A stretch of DNA of 64,000 nucleotides from Polyangiales bacterium (GCA_964202905.1 CAXNJO010000003.1:128001-192000); one strand, 5' to 3'; positions 30,138-43,379 are shown, counted from the first letter of the stretch. Made by a program: numbers and translations. The notes: generated by a model not told the origin, from the letters alone.

Positions 30138-31590
30138 CACGGCATCCTCCAGGCGAGCGCACCGCCGACGTAACCGGGCCCCGCGACGGGCGCGATCGTC
30201 ACCGATCCCGTCGACCCCGCGCCCGCGTCCGCGTCGTCGAACGCGTAGAGGATCGTCGTGAGCAGCCCGAGCGCGGTCGTCGAGATCCACAGCACGTCGG
30301 CGAGGCCGTTGAGCGTGAGTACCTGGCGACGCCGCGTGCGCAGCGACACCCAGTCCGCCTGCGTGGAGGAGCCCTCGAGCAGGCCCGTCTCGTACTCGCC
30401 GACGTCGCTCCGGTAGTTCGCGTTCGCGCTGAGCGCGGCGAGCGCGGCGACGAGACCGACGGTGAACACGGAGGTCGTGGCGACGAGCGAGACCGTCGGC
30501 CACGCGCCGAGGTCGCGCACCGTGGCCGGGTCGACGCCGAGGCTGACCTCGAGGCGCGTGCGCTGGCCAGGCTGCACGGCGACCGTGGAGGCGTACGGGA
30601 GATGGCCCTCCGCCTCCACGCGGACGCGGTGCGTGCCCGCGCCGAGCGCGCCCGACACGCGCGTGCCCGTGCCGAAGGACGCCCCATCGACGACGACGCG
30701 CGCGGCGACGTCGACGGCGACCTCGAGGCTCCCCACGCCCTCCTCTTGCGCCGATGGGCCGGAGCGCGTGCCGTCCACCTCGACGAGCGCGCCGCCCGGC
30801 GCGATCTCCACGCGCTGCTCGCCGGTCGTGCGCCCGCCGCGCGTGATCCGCAGGGTGTGCGTGCCGGCCGCGACGGGGAGGACCGTGTCCAGCGCGATGG
30901 GCGCGCCGTCGAGCAAGGCCACGGCGCCCGGCGCGACCCGCACGCGCAGCGCGCCGGGGCGAGGCGTGAGCGCGGCCGTCGCGCGCCGCGTCTCGCCGGC
31001 GACGGCCTGCACGACGAGCGCGCGCTCCTCGTGTCCGGCAGCCGTGAGGTAGAGGGTGTGCTCGCCCGCCGCGACGGCGACCTCGAGCGGCGTCGTGCCG
31101 AGCACCGCGAGATCGCGGCGATCGAGGCGCACCTCGGCCGAGGGCGTCGCGTCGATCGCGAGCAGCGCGAGTTGCGGACGCATCGCCTCGATGCGCTGCC
31201 CGACCTCGGCGCGCTCGGCGTCGCTGAGCCCCGCCATCGCGAGGTACTCGATGAAATAGCCGAAGGCCTCGGCCGCGCGCCCGAGCTCCTGCAGCGTGAC
31301 GCCGGCGTTGAAGACCGCGTTGCGGCTGCGCACGATGCGGAGGCTCGAGACGTAGCTGCCGAGCGCCTCTTCGAGCCCGCGCATGCGCCGCGCGCCGCGG
31401 CGGCCGAGCGCCTCCGCGAGCTGTCGGTTGCCGCGCTCGAAGAAGACACGCGCCTCGGCGTTCGCATCGGCCTTCGCCGTCACGGGCGCGAGCACGGCCG
31501 CAGCGGGCGCCACCCCGACCGCGACCAGCATGACCAACACGAGAGATGGCAGACGCACGGAACCGCATCCCCGACAGGAGAATCGAACCA

Positions 31591-31591
<1 letters not shown>
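30137..31591 (-). CDS. TPR/PEGA-domain exported protein
   Basis: Signal; AEARVFFERG...NAVFNAG TPR-like; PEGA-like LGTTPLEVAVAAGEHTL, GTHRVRVEAEGHLPY; TGATG overlaps with both neighbours. Confidence 0.8.
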
Positions 31592-33291
<1,700 letters not shown>

Positions 33292-33412
33292 GGCGCTCGC
33301 GGCCGCATCCTACTCGCTCCCAACCCGCGGCGTCACGGGCGCTGCACCGCCGCGCGCCTCGCGGTCCGGGGCCTGCGACTGCGTGGGCCGCCTGCTAGGG
33401 TGACGGCCACGC

Positions 33413-34054
33413 ATGAAGAGCCACGTCGCGAAGCCCGCCCGCAAGCCGCACTTCTCGATGCTCCGGACGTTCGCGCTCGCGGACCTCGTCACGCTCGGCA
33501 ACGCCGCGTGCGGCACCGGCGCGATCTTCTGCTGCCTGTCCTTCCTCGCGGAGCGGGACCGGACGCTGCTCACGGGCGCGTTCTGGCTCCTGCCCATCGC
33601 GCTCGTCTGCGACGTGCTCGATGGCAGCATCGCGCGCTGGCGCCGGAAGCACTCGCCGATCGGCGCCGACCTCGACTCGCTCGCCGACATCATCTCGTTC
33701 GGCGTCGCGCCCGCGGTGCTCGCGTTCACGCTCGGCATGCGCGGGCTCTGGGACGCGCTCGTGCTCGTCTACTTCGTCGGCTGCGGCATCTCGCGGCTCG
33801 CCCGCTACAACGTCACCGCGGCGCAGCTCTCGGACGCGAGCGGCAAGGTGAAGTACTACGAGGGCACGCCCATCCCGACCTCGCTGCTGCTCGTGCTGGT
33901 GCTCGGCGTCGCGTTCGCGCAGGACGCCTTCGGGGACGCGCTCTGGCTCGGCGCCGTCCGGCTCGGGCCGGGCCTGCTGCACCCGCTCGTGCTGATGTAC
34001 GCCGTCAGCGGGACGCTGATGGCGAGCGCGACGCTCCGCATCCCCAAGCCTTGA
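33413..34054 (+). CDS. pssA: CDP-diacylglycerol--serine O-phosphatidyltransferase
   Basis: ADLVTLGNAACG; DVLDGSIAR...GADLDSLADIISFGVAPA; RLARYN. Confidence 0.9.
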   Translation: MKSHVAKPARKPHFSMLRTFALADLVTLGNAACGTGAIFCCLSFLAERDRTLLTGAFWLLPIALVCDVLDGSIARWRRKHSPIGADLDSLADIISFGVAPAVLAFTLGMRGLWDALVLVYFVGCGISRLARYNVTAAQLSDASGKVKYYEGTPIPTSLLLVLVLGVAFAQDAFGDALWLGAVRLGPGLLHPLVLMYAVSGTLMASATLRIPKP

Positions 34055-34085
34055 CGGGCCCGCGCGCGGCTCCCACGAAGTCGGG

Positions 34086-35114
34086 ATGACGACGCTCGAC
34101 GCCGACGACGTGATCCTCGGGGTGATGCGGCTCGGCTTCCAGTGGCCGACCCTCGACCCGTTCCTCTTCTGCGTGCACCACGACGACGCCTATCCCGCAG
34201 GCAACGAGCGGCTCGGGCCCGCGGCCTCGCTCGCGGGGCGCACGCTCGGGCAGGACTTCGAGGCCCGCGACGGCTGGCGCATGTACCACGGCGAGGTGGT
34301 GCCGGGCTTCCCGCAGCACCCGCACCGCGGCTTCGAGACGGTGACGCTCGCGCGGCGCGGACTCATCGACCACTCCGACTCCCTCGGCGCGAAGGCGCGC
34401 TTCGGTCAGGGCGACGCGCAGTGGCTCACCGCAGGCGGCGGCATCGTGCACGCCGAGATGTTCCCGCTGCTCGCGCGCGACGCGGCCAACCCGGTCGAGC
34501 TCTTCCAGCTGTGGTTGAACCTCCCGAGCGCCGACAAGCTCGCCGAGCCGCACTTCTCGATGCTCTGGGCGCCGATGATCCCCGCACACGTCGCGCGCGA
34601 CGCCGCGGGACGCGAGGCGCGCGTCACGGTGATCGCGGGGCGCTTCGCGGACGCCGTCGCGCCGCCACCGCCGCCGCGCTCCTGGGCCGCGCGCCCCGAG
34701 AACGACGTCGCGATCTGGACGCTCGCGCTCGACGCGGGCGCGACGCTCACGCTGCCGCCCGCGCGCCCGGGCATGAACCGCACGCTCTACTTCTTCGCCG
34801 GCGAGACGATGGCAATCGCGGGCGAGGACGTGCCTGCCGGCGTGGGTGTCGTGCTCCGCTCGGACGCCGCGGTGACGCTGACGAACGGCACCGCGCGCGC
34901 GGAATTGCTGCTGCTGCAAGGGCGCCCCATCGGCGAGCCCGTCGTACAGTACGGCCCCTTCGTGATGAACACGCGCGCGGAGATCGAGCGCGCGGTGAGC
35001 GACTACCGGCGCACGCGCTTCGGCGGCTGGCCGTTCACGAGCGACGATCCGGTGCACCCGCGCGAGCAGGGCCGCTTCGCGCAACACCCCGACGGCCGCG
35101 TCGAACAGCCCTGA
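34086..35114 (+). CDS. Pirin family protein
   Basis: DPFLFCVHH, GFPQHPHRGFETVT, DHSDS, WLTAGGGIVHAEM, GPFVMNT. Confidence 0.95.
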   Translation: MTTLDADDVILGVMRLGFQWPTLDPFLFCVHHDDAYPAGNERLGPAASLAGRTLGQDFEARDGWRMYHGEVVPGFPQHPHRGFETVTLARRGLIDHSDSLGAKARFGQGDAQWLTAGGGIVHAEMFPLLARDAANPVELFQLWLNLPSADKLAEPHFSMLWAPMIPAHVARDAAGREARVTVIAGRFADAVAPPPPPRSWAARPENDVAIWTLALDAGATLTLPPARPGMNRTLYFFAGETMAIAGEDVPAGVGVVLRSDAAVTLTNGTARAELLLLQGRPIGEPVVQYGPFVMNTRAEIERAVSDYRRTRFGGWPFTSDDPVHPREQGRFAQHPDGRVEQP

Positions 35115-36175
35115 CACACGCGTCCGTGTCGAGCCCGCGGGCGACGACGCGCGCCGCCCACCTCGCCCGCGAGCAGGCCGGCGCGCGCCGCCCCGGCCGC
35201 GCGCGCGCCGCGCAACCCCGCGGGGCGCGCGGGCGTCGCGGCGCGCCGCACGGCGAGCAGCGCGGGGACGGATGCGAGCGTCCACGCGAGCTGCACGGCG
35301 TGGAGCAGCATCGCGACACCGACCGCTTGCGCCTCGGTGCAGCCGATCGCCCTGTGAAAGAAGGCGAACGCGCCGTCCGTCGCGCCGAGCTGGCCAGGAA
35401 CCAGGTCGCCCGCCGTCGTACCGACGAGCAGCGCGCCGTGCGCGACCAGCGCCGACACGGGCGACACGCGCGCCCCGACCGCGTGCAGCGCGACCGCGAC
35501 GAGGAGCCATTGCGTCATCCGCGACGCAACGAGCCAACCGAGCCCGCGCATGGGCACGGCAGGCAGATCGCGCATGGCGCGCACGTAGTCCTCGCCGTGC
35601 GACGCCGCCCTGCGGAAGCGGCGTACGAGCGCGCAGACGAGCGGGCTGCGCGGCGCGAGCAGGAACAGGAGACCGAGCGCGACGAACGCCAGCGCCTGCG
35701 CGAGGAGCGGCCACGCGAGCGAGCGCGCCCCGCCCGCGAGGGCCCCGACCCCGCACGCCGCGGACGCGACCGCCGTCGAGAGGATCACGAGCCCCTGCGC
35801 CGCCGTACCCGCCGCGGCCGCACGCGCACCGCCCACCTCGCCCGCGAGCAGGCCGGCGCGCACCGCCTCCGCCGTCGCGCGGCCCGCGGGGGCAAACGTG
35901 ACGACCCCGTACGTGAGGAGGTGCACGCGAAGCAACGCCTTGAAAGCAGGCGCTTTTCCGGCGGGATAGAGCGCGCGCGACGCGAACACCTCGAGCAACT
36001 CGCGCAGCGCCTCGATCACGAGGAGCAGCGGCAGGAGCGGCGCGGCCAGCACGGCGACGTCGCGCAGCGCCGCGAGGCCCGAGCGCGAAACCACCCACGC
36101 GACGAGCGCGAGCCCGACGAGCGCGCAGAGAGCTGGTCCGACCACGCGCCCGAAGCGTGCGCGCGCGCCGCTCAC
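35003..36175 (-). CDS. Lysylphosphatidylglycerol-synthase-TM (flippase-like) membrane protein; 3' end uncertain
   Basis: Multi-TM; PAGRATAEAVRA and VPGQLGATDGA motifs; GTGA overlap with the upstream gene. The tail overlapping pirin is probably spurious. Confidence 0.65.
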   Translation of the reverse strand: MSGARARFGRVVGPALCALVGLALVAWVVSRSGLAALRDVAVLAAPLLPLLLVIEALRELLEVFASRALYPAGKAPAFKALLRVHLLTYGVVTFAPAGRATAEAVRAGLLAGEVGGARAAAAGTAAQGLVILSTAVASAACGVGALAGGARSLAWPLLAQALAFVALGLLFLLAPRSPLVCALVRRFRRAASHGEDYVRAMRDLPAVPMRGLGWLVASRMTQWLLVAVALHAVGARVSPVSALVAHGALLVGTTAGDLVPGQLGATDGAFAFFHRAIGCTEAQAVGVAMLLHAVQLAWTLASVPALLAVRRAATPARPAGLRGARAAGAARAGLLAGEVGGARRRPRARHGRVCQGCSTRPSGCCAKRPCSRGCTGSSLVNGQPPKRVRR

Positions 36176-37041
36176 GCCGACGCCGCGAGGGAAGGCAGCG
36201 TCGGACGACGGCGCTCGCGACTCTGGACCGGACGCGCGGCGGGTCCACACAGCGGCCGCAACCGCTGCTCCGTGGCCTCGTAGACGCGGACGGGCTCGTC
36301 GGTGTCGACGACCGCGGGGACGCAGAACACCTGCGCATCCCGACCGCGCCGGACCGCCCGATCGGCGGCCGCGTGCGTGTGACCGTGGAGCACGTGCAGG
36401 TGCGCTTGCCGCTCGATCAACCCGCGCAGCGGCTCGGGTCGCTCGAGCCCGTCGAGCCACTGCAACCCTGGCGCGAGGTGACGCATCGGGGGGTGATGCT
36501 GCGCGACGACGAGCGCGCGCGTGCGCAGCCACGAATCCCCGGCGAGCACCGCGAGATGGGTGAGTTGCGCGCGATCGACCGCCCCCGCCGAACGCGCGAA
36601 CGGCTGCGGAATCAGCGTGGACACCGCCACGACGGCGGCACCGTCGTGCACGACGACCGAGCCCGGCGTACTCGTCGCGCGGAACGGCGCGAGCGGCCCG
36701 GCGAGGGCCGTCTCGAAGGCGCGCGGATCGTCGTAACCATCGTGGTTCCCCGGGACGAGCGTGGTGCGCTCGGGCGAGACGCCCGCGTCGTGCAGGACCT
36801 CGGCGAGGACCGCGAACTGCGCGGGGGTCCCGTCCTCGGTGAGATCCCCGGTGATGCAGAGGTGGTCGGGGCGCGCGGCGAGGGCGAGGCGCAGCGCCTC
36901 CCGTGCCCGGGCGACGCGCGCGGCGAAGTCGATCGAGCGACCGAAGGAGAGGTAGCGCAGACGCACGTCGGAGAGTCCGCGGCGCGTGGCGTGCGCGCGC
37001 TCGACGAGGTGCAGGTCCGAGATGTGGGCGATGCGGGTCAT
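36172..37041 (-). CDS. Metallophosphoesterase (Icc/CpdA-like)
   Basis: HISDLH, ITGDLT, PGNHD, QHHPP, LHGHTH. Confidence 0.92.
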   Translation of the reverse strand: MTRIAHISDLHLVERAHATRRGLSDVRLRYLSFGRSIDFAARVARAREALRLALAARPDHLCITGDLTEDGTPAQFAVLAEVLHDAGVSPERTTLVPGNHDGYDDPRAFETALAGPLAPFRATSTPGSVVVHDGAAVVAVSTLIPQPFARSAGAVDRAQLTHLAVLAGDSWLRTRALVVAQHHPPMRHLAPGLQWLDGLERPEPLRGLIERQAHLHVLHGHTHAAADRAVRRGRDAQVFCVPAVVDTDEPVRVYEATEQRLRPLCGPAARPVQSRERRRPTLPSLAASA

Positions 37042-37250
37042 GCGCGGAGGGATGCACGCCGCGCGTGTCGTCCGGTGCAACACGCGCTCACGAACGCGCA
37101 ACGATCTGCGCACGCAGGACGTCACGCGCGCACACGGACCGGCCGACGCCGCGGGCGACGCGTGGCCCGCGCGCGCACGGACACGGGCCGCCCGTGCGTG
37201 ACGGTGGCGAGACGGCCCTGCGATGCGCGCGGCGTGGGTCCGCGCGCCCC

Positions 37251-39803
37251 TCAGGGCACGACGCCGACCCCATCGCCGCGGCCGGCCACGCCCACGGTGC
37301 CCGCTGCTGTCCGTGCATCCGGCGCCGCGCCGCGCCCGGCGCGCCCGTCGCGTCGACCTCGAGCGCGCCGCGCAGCGCCTCGGCGATCGCCGTCGCGTCG
37401 CCCCCGGCCGCGACGACGTAGACGCCGTGGCTCGCGCCGCCGCAGCCGCCGCCGCCGCCGCCGCCCGCGCCGCCGCGACCACCGTCGCCGCCGCGACCGC
37501 CGCCGCGCGCGCACCAGCGCACGCTGCCGCCGCCGGGCGCGCCCGCGCCGCCGCTGCCGCCCACCGCGCCGTTGCCGCCCGCGCCGCCCGCGCCGCCAGA
37601 CGCCGTCACGACGCGCACGCCCGTCATCGTCGGGCCGGTGCTCAGCCCCGGTCCGAGGCGCACGGCGATGCCGATCGACGCGCCGCCCCCGGTCCCCGCC
37701 TCCGCGCGCGGCGCACCGCAGCCGCCCGAGCCGCCACCGCCGCCCGAGCCGCCGCTCTGGCCAGCAGGCGCTGACCGTGTCGCCGATCACGAGGTAGCCC
37801 GCGCCCGCGCTCGCGCCGCCGCCGCCCGCGCCGTCCGCCCCCGCGGCGCCGTCCGCGCCCCGGCCGCCGCTCACGGTGCCGTTGACCGCGTCGAAGGTCG
37901 ACACGCCCCCGCAGCCGAGGCCCGCAGCGCCGTCCGCGCCGGGCACCCCGTCCGCGCCGTTGGCGCCGAAGCGACCGAGCGAGGGGTTGTCGTCGCAGAA
38001 ATTGCAGACGCCGCGGTTCGTGGGGGCGTTGTACGTCAACTCCCCCGCGCGGCCACCGCCGACGCCGCGTCCGTCGCCGGGCGCCGGGTTCGCGATTGCG
38101 TCGCGCAGCACCGCGTCGATGTCGCAGACACCCGCGACGGTGTAGTCGGTGCAGCCGGCGTTCCCGCAGGGGCTGCCGTTCGCGCACGCCGGATCCTCGC
38201 AGGCCGCCGCGCCGCCCGCGCCGCCGCCCACGTCCCCGCCCGGGCAGCGCTTCGCGCCGCCGCGCCCACCGGAGACGGGCATGCACACGGCGCCGGACGG
38301 CGTACCGCCGCCGCCGCTGCCGCCCTCGGTGCCGAGCAGCTCGTCGAGCGAGCGCAGTCCGAGCTCCGCGACGTTGTCGCTCGACGCGTCGCCGCGTGCT
38401 CCGTCGGCGCCGCGTCCCGCGAGCACGAGCAGCTCGGCGAAGGTCACCGCGCCGTCGCAGCCGTCCGTGACGACGGCGGTGCTGCCCTCCCCCGCGGCCG
38501 TCGCGTCCGTCCCGTGTACGACGAACCCCTCGACACGCGTGGGCGTGCGCACCCCGCGGCAGCGCAGCGCGGGAGACCCCGGACGCGACGACGGATCCTC
38601 GAGCACGACGGGGTAGAGCGCGAGGTCGCGGTCGGTGAAGTCGGGCGCATAGCCCCCGAAGATCGACACGCCCCCGACGACGTCGAAGCCGGCGTAGGTG
38701 CCCGCCGAGACGAGCACGCTCTTGCCTTCGGCGCGGGCCCGCGCGAGCGCCCCGGGGAGCGTGCGGCGCGGCCGCGCGAGGGAACCCGGGTTGGTGTCGC
38801 TGCCGGTCGTCGCGACGTACACGAAGTCGGTGGTGTCGTCCGCGACGCCGTCGCAGTCGCCGTCACCGCCGACCGCCGGAGGCGGACCGCCGCCGTCGAA
38901 GCGCTCGCACTCGCAGCCGTTCGCGAGGATGCGGTCGACGTCGACGAAGCCGTCCTCGCACGCGACGTCGCAGCGCACGCCGTCCGCGCCGGTCGCGTCG
39001 GGCGCGCACGTCGCGCGCATGTTCGGCCCCGGCTCGACGCACGGGACGCCGCAGCGCCCGCACGCGAGGCGTGAGACGTAGAGCCCGCTCTCGTCGCGGA
39101 AGTCCTCGTCGACGGCGTCGTCGCAGTCGTCGTCGGTGCCGTTGCATGCCTCGGCGAGCACGGCCTCACAGGCGGAGAACCCCTCCTCCGCGCAGACCTG
39201 CGCGCCGGCGCACGCGCGCCCGTCACCCGCGAACACGAGGCAACCGAGCTCCGCGCCGACGGTGTCCGGGCCGCACGCGCACACGCCGCTCGCGGGGACG
39301 CACGCGCCCCCGTCGCCGCACGCGAAGCCGGGCGGGCACGCGTCCGCGGACTCGCACGGCGTCGCGCAACGCGCCTGCCCGGTGGCCGTCTCGAGGCAGC
39401 GCGCGCCCGGCGTGCGTACGGCGCAGTCGGCGTCGGAGGTGCACGCGAGGCAGAGCGCGGGCACGTCGGGCACGCAGGCGCCCGTCCCCGCCGGGTGCGT
39501 GCCGGGTGGGCACGACACGAGCACGCACGCCGCGACGGGCATCGCCGCGTCGGGGTCGACGCGGCACGCCGTCTCGGCGGCGGTCGGGAAGACCTCGCCG
39601 CAATCGACGCCGCACGCGCCGCAGTGCGCCGCGAGCGTGTAGAGCCCGGCGTCGTCGCGGAAGTCCTCGTCGACGAGACCGTCGCAGTCGTCGTCGCGGC
39701 CGTTGCACGCCTCGGGCGCGCCGCAGAGCCGCGACTCGTAGCAGCCCGCGAGCGCGAACACGGAGATCATGGAGAGCGCGAAGAAGCTGGAATGAACGCG
39801 CAT
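37251..39803 (-). CDS. Cys-rich lipoprotein with MopE-like motifs, DUF1565-like domain and Gly-rich tail; frameshifted
   Basis: Lipobox LAGC; PEACNGRDDDCDGLVDE twice; VYVATTGSDTNPGSLARPRRTL; PGRS-like GGGG tail. Confidence 0.75.
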   Translation of the reverse strand: MRVHSSFFALSMISVFALAGCYESRLCGAPEACNGRDDDCDGLVDEDFRDDAGLYTLAAHCGACGVDCGEVFPTAAETACRVDPDAAMPVAACVLVSCPPGTHPAGTGACVPDVPALCLACTSDADCAVRTPGARCLETATGQARCATPCESADACPPGFACGDGGACVPASGVCACGPDTVGAELGCLVFAGDGRACAGAQVCAEEGFSACEAVLAEACNGTDDDCDDAVDEDFRDESGLYVSRLACGRCGVPCVEPGPNMRATCAPDATGADGVRCDVACEDGFVDVDRILANGCECERFDGGGPPPAVGGDGDCDGVADDTTDFVYVATTGSDTNPGSLARPRRTLPGALARARAEGKSVLVSAGTYAGFDVVGGVSIFGGYAPDFTDRDLALYPVVLEDPSSRPGSPALRCRGVRTPTRVEGFVVHGTDATAAGEGSTAVVTDGCDGAVTFAELLVLAGRGADGARGDASSDNVAELGLRSLDELLGTEGGSGGGGTPSGAVCMPVSGGRGGAKRCPGGDVGGGAGGAAACEDPACANGSPCGNAGCTDYTVAGVCDIDAVLRDAIANPAPGDGRGVGGGRAGELTYNAPTNRGVCNFCDDNPSLGRFGANGADGVPGADGAAGLGCGGVSTFDAVNGTVSGGRGADGAAGADGAGGGGASAGAGYLVIGDTVSACWPERRLGRRWRLGRLRCAARGGGDRGRRVDRHRRAPRTGAEHRPDDDGRARRDGVWRRGRRGRQRRGGRQRRRGRARRRQRALVRARRRSRRRRWSRRRGRRRRRRLRRREPRRLRRRGRGRRDGDRRGAARRARGRRDGRAGRGAAPDARTAAGTVGVAGRGDGVGVVP

Positions 39804-39806
39804 CGC

Positions 39807-42489
39807 TCACCGTCACCACGACGTCAACCGCACCACCTGCGACGCCATCCGCAGCGGCGGCGCCGCCGCCGCCCCCGCGCCCCGCCGCGCCGCCGCGACC
39901 GAGCCGCACCGTGTTGCCCGTGCGCCACGCGGCGGGCTCCGCCGCTAGCCGCAGTCGGAGCTGCGCGTACCGCCGATAGGCGCCGCCGCAGCCGCCGCCC
40001 CCCGCCGCCGCCCACCGTTGCCGCCGCGCCCGCCGCGCGCCCGCGGCTGCCGCCAGCGAGCCGGCGGCGTCGAGGCGGCGCGCGGGATGTCGCCGCCCTG
40101 CCCGCCCGCCGCGCCGCGCGCCCCGTCGCCGCCCGCGCCGCCGCCGCCGCCGCGCCCGCCGTCGCCGCCACGAGCAGCACGCCGCGCAGCGTCGGCAGCG
40201 CCGCGGGCGTCCCGAGCGTCGCCTCGATCGACGCCGAGGGGCCGCCGCTCGTGCCCGGCCGACCTCGACCGCCGCCGCAGCCGCCCGCGCCGCCGCCGCC
40301 GCCGCCGCCGCCGAGCGCGTCGGGGAAGTCGCAGTCGGGCGGGACGGACTCGTACTCGGAGCCGCCGCCCGCGCCGCCACCGCCACCGCCCGAACCCGCC
40401 GTTCCGTCCGTGCCTGCGCCGGCGAGCGCCGCGACCCAGCGCTCGCCCTCGAAGCGCCCGAAGGCGTCGGCGCAGCCGCTGCCCGGCTCGCCCACCTCTC
40501 CGTCGCCGCCCGATCCGCCCGACTGCGGCCCGAGGAATCCGTCGTAGACGGTGAAATCCGCGAGACCGCAACACACATCGCGGCTGCACGCGAGGCCGCG
40601 GATCGGGCCCTGCGAGTCGCTGCCACCCGCGCCCCCGCCGCGCCCCGCGCGCCGCGCCCCCGCTCGCCGCCCGGCTGCTGCGCCATCGCAATGACGGACG
40701 TCGCCGTGCCGCCTGCGCCGCCGCCCACGTCGGCGCCGCTGCGACCGCGCGCCCGCCGGTGCCGATGGCCGATGGCGTTGCCCGCGTCGCGCACGCGCAC
40801 GCGCCGCGCCCGCTCGTCGCGTCCGGGCTGATTCGCGCTCGATCCCCGCGGCCACCGTGGCCGGCGCGATGCGGAGCGCGAGCGTGCCGGGGCGCCCGCC
40901 CCCGCGACCCCCGCGCGCAGCTCGGCCTCGCTGATGCGCAGCGCACCGCCCGGATCGAGCAGGTACGCCCCCCACGTGGCGTCCCCGGCGGCGGTCGCGT
41001 CGAGACCGCGCAGGGTGACCCACTCGACGACCGTGTCCGTGACGCCGGCCCCGCGCGCGACGAGCGCCGCGCCGCCCGGCGCCATCGTCGACGCGGGCGC
41101 GCGCACCTCGACGCGGAAGCCGCTCGGGTCGAGCGCGCGGAAGTCGCTGCGGTAGCCGCCGTGCAGCTTCACGCCGTCCGGCAAGTCGAGCGTCTCCGCG
41201 TAGCTCCCCGACGCCACGTAGACGTGCGGGCGCGCGCCCGGCCGCCCGATCGACGCGCGCGCGCGGCGCAGCCCTTCGCCGATCGTGCGGAGCGGGCGCG
41301 TCGGCGAACCGGGGCCCGTGTCGTCGCCGCCCGGCGTCACGTAGAAGCTCTCGAGCACGAGACCGTCGGCACCGTCGCAGTTCGTGTCGAGCAGCTCGCC
41401 GCTCGCGCGCACGGGGCCGGGCGCGTCAGCGGGCGACGACACGGTGCACTCGCAGCCCGTCGAGATGTCGAGGTCGCCGTCGACGCGATCGCCGGGGCCG
41501 ATGCCGTCGATCGTGTCGGGACAGCGCAGCACGCAGCGCGGCGCGAACGGGTCGCCGCCGCAGACGAGGTCGCCCTCGGGGATGGTCGACGCGGTGCAGT
41601 CGACGCCGCACTGCCCGCAGTTCCGCACGTCGAGCGCGTACGCGCCGCGCGCGTCGCGGAAGCCGTCGTCCACGAAGCCGTTGCAGTCGTTGTCGACCTC
41701 GTCGCAGGTCTCGACGGGCGCGGCGCACGTCGAGAGCACGCCGTCCGCGCACGCCTGCGCGCCGACGCAGCGCGCCCCTTCCGGATCGACGAGCGCGCAC
41801 GCGACGTCGAAGCGCTCGCCGGGATCGCACGCGCAGCTCCCGCCCATCGGCACGCAGAGCGGCACGAGGCCCGCGTCCGCGTCGCCGCCATCCGCGCTGC
41901 CGCCATCCGGCACGCCGCCGTCGGATGCGCCGCCATCCGCGCTGCCGCCATCCGGCAGGCCGCCATCGCCGAGGGGCGCCGGAACGAGGGTCGGCAGACA
42001 CGCGTAGCCCGCGGGGCAGCCGAGCGCGCAGTCGACGGCGCAGCGGCGCTCGCCGCCGATCTCCGCGCAGCGTCCGCCCGGGAAGTCACCGCAATCCGCG
42101 TCGTCCGCGCAGCCGAGGCAGAGCCGCGCGAACGCGGGCACGCAGCGCCCGGTGCTCGACCGCGCGAAGCCCTCCGCGCACGCGGTCGCGACGCAGGTCG
42201 GCGCCTCGGCGACGAGCTCGCAGGCGACGCCGAGCGCGTTCGGCAGCGACGGCGGGCAGGCCGCGCCGCACGCACCGCAATGCTCGGGCAGCGCGTAGCG
42301 GCCGAGCCCGTCGCGGAAGCCGTCGTCGACGACGCCGTCGAGGTCGTCGTCGAGCCCGTTGCACTGCTCGGGCTGCGGGCGCGGGCCGGCCGAGGCGTCC
42401 TCGCGCACGTCGCCGAGGCCGGTGCGCGCGCCGCACGCGACGAGGGGCGCGGCGCACGCAACGAAGAGAAATCCAAGGAAGTTCCGCAT
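39807..42489 (-). CDS. Paralogous Cys-rich lipoprotein (MopE-like, DUF1565-like, Gly-rich); frameshifted
   Basis: Lipobox LVAC; PEQCNGLDDDLDGVVDD; FYVTPGGDDTGPGSPTRPLRTI; Gly-rich tail split across frames; end approximate. Confidence 0.72.
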
Positions 42490-42552
42490 GCGGTGACCGA
42501 CCGTAGCACCCGCGGGGCCACGCCGTCCGACCGCCGCGCCGCGGTCCAGCGC

Positions 42553-43329
42553 TCAGCGGAGCAGGTCGAACGCGACCTTGCAGGAGAGCGCGCCGACCAC
42601 CGCGAGCACGCCGAGCCGGATCGCGCGCTCACCGCCCTTCACGGCGAGGTGCGCGCCGAGAAAGCCCCCCGCGAGCTGGCCGACGGCCATCGGCAGCGCG
42701 ACCTGCCAGAGCACGGTGCCCTTCCACGCGAACAGCGAGACGCTCGCGAGGTTCGAGGCGAAGTTGACGACCTTCGCGTTCGCGGTCGCGTGGGTCATCG
42801 GCTCGCGCAGCAGCAGCACGAAGGCGAGCAGCACGAACGTGCCCGTCCCCGGGCCGAAGAAGCCGTCGTAGGCCCCGATCGCGAGCGCGATGCCGAGCGC
42901 GAGCACGCGAGCCTTCCCACCGGACGGCGCGGGCCGCGCGTCGGTCTCGCCGGGCGCCGGCGGGCGACGCAGCACGACGACGAGCGCCGCGCACACGAGC
43001 AGCACGAGCACGAGCGGCTTGAGCGTCTTGGGGTCGACGAGCAGCACGAGCGCGGCGCCCGCGAACGCGCCGAGCAGCCCCGCGGGGAAGGTCCACCGCG
43101 CGCGCCCGACGTCGAGCCGCCCCGCCCGCGCGAACGCGATCGTCGCGGCGAGCGAGCCGAACACCGACTGCCCCTTGTTGGTGCCGAGCGCGTGGTGCGG
43201 ATCGATCCCGACGGCGAGCAGCGCCGGCAGCGTGAGCAGCCCGCCGCCCCCCGCGATCGCGTCGATCGTCCCCGCCGCGAGGGCGGTCAGCGCGAGCAGC
43301 GCGATCTGCAGCGGCGTCGGGTCCGGCAC
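42553..43329 (-). CDS. TauE/SafE (TSUP) family transporter
   Basis: IDAIAGGGGLLTLPALL, ALGTNK, YDGFFGPGTG, ANAKVVN. Confidence 0.93.
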   Translation of the reverse strand: MPDPTPLQIALLALTALAAGTIDAIAGGGGLLTLPALLAVGIDPHHALGTNKGQSVFGSLAATIAFARAGRLDVGRARWTFPAGLLGAFAGAALVLLVDPKTLKPLVLVLLVCAALVVVLRRPPAPGETDARPAPSGGKARVLALGIALAIGAYDGFFGPGTGTFVLLAFVLLLREPMTHATANAKVVNFASNLASVSLFAWKGTVLWQVALPMAVGQLAGGFLGAHLAVKGGERAIRLGVLAVVGALSCKVAFDLLR

Positions 43330-43379
43330 GGCGCGCCTTCTACACCAAAGCGGCCACCGCCGCGCGTGCTGGTCCGCGC

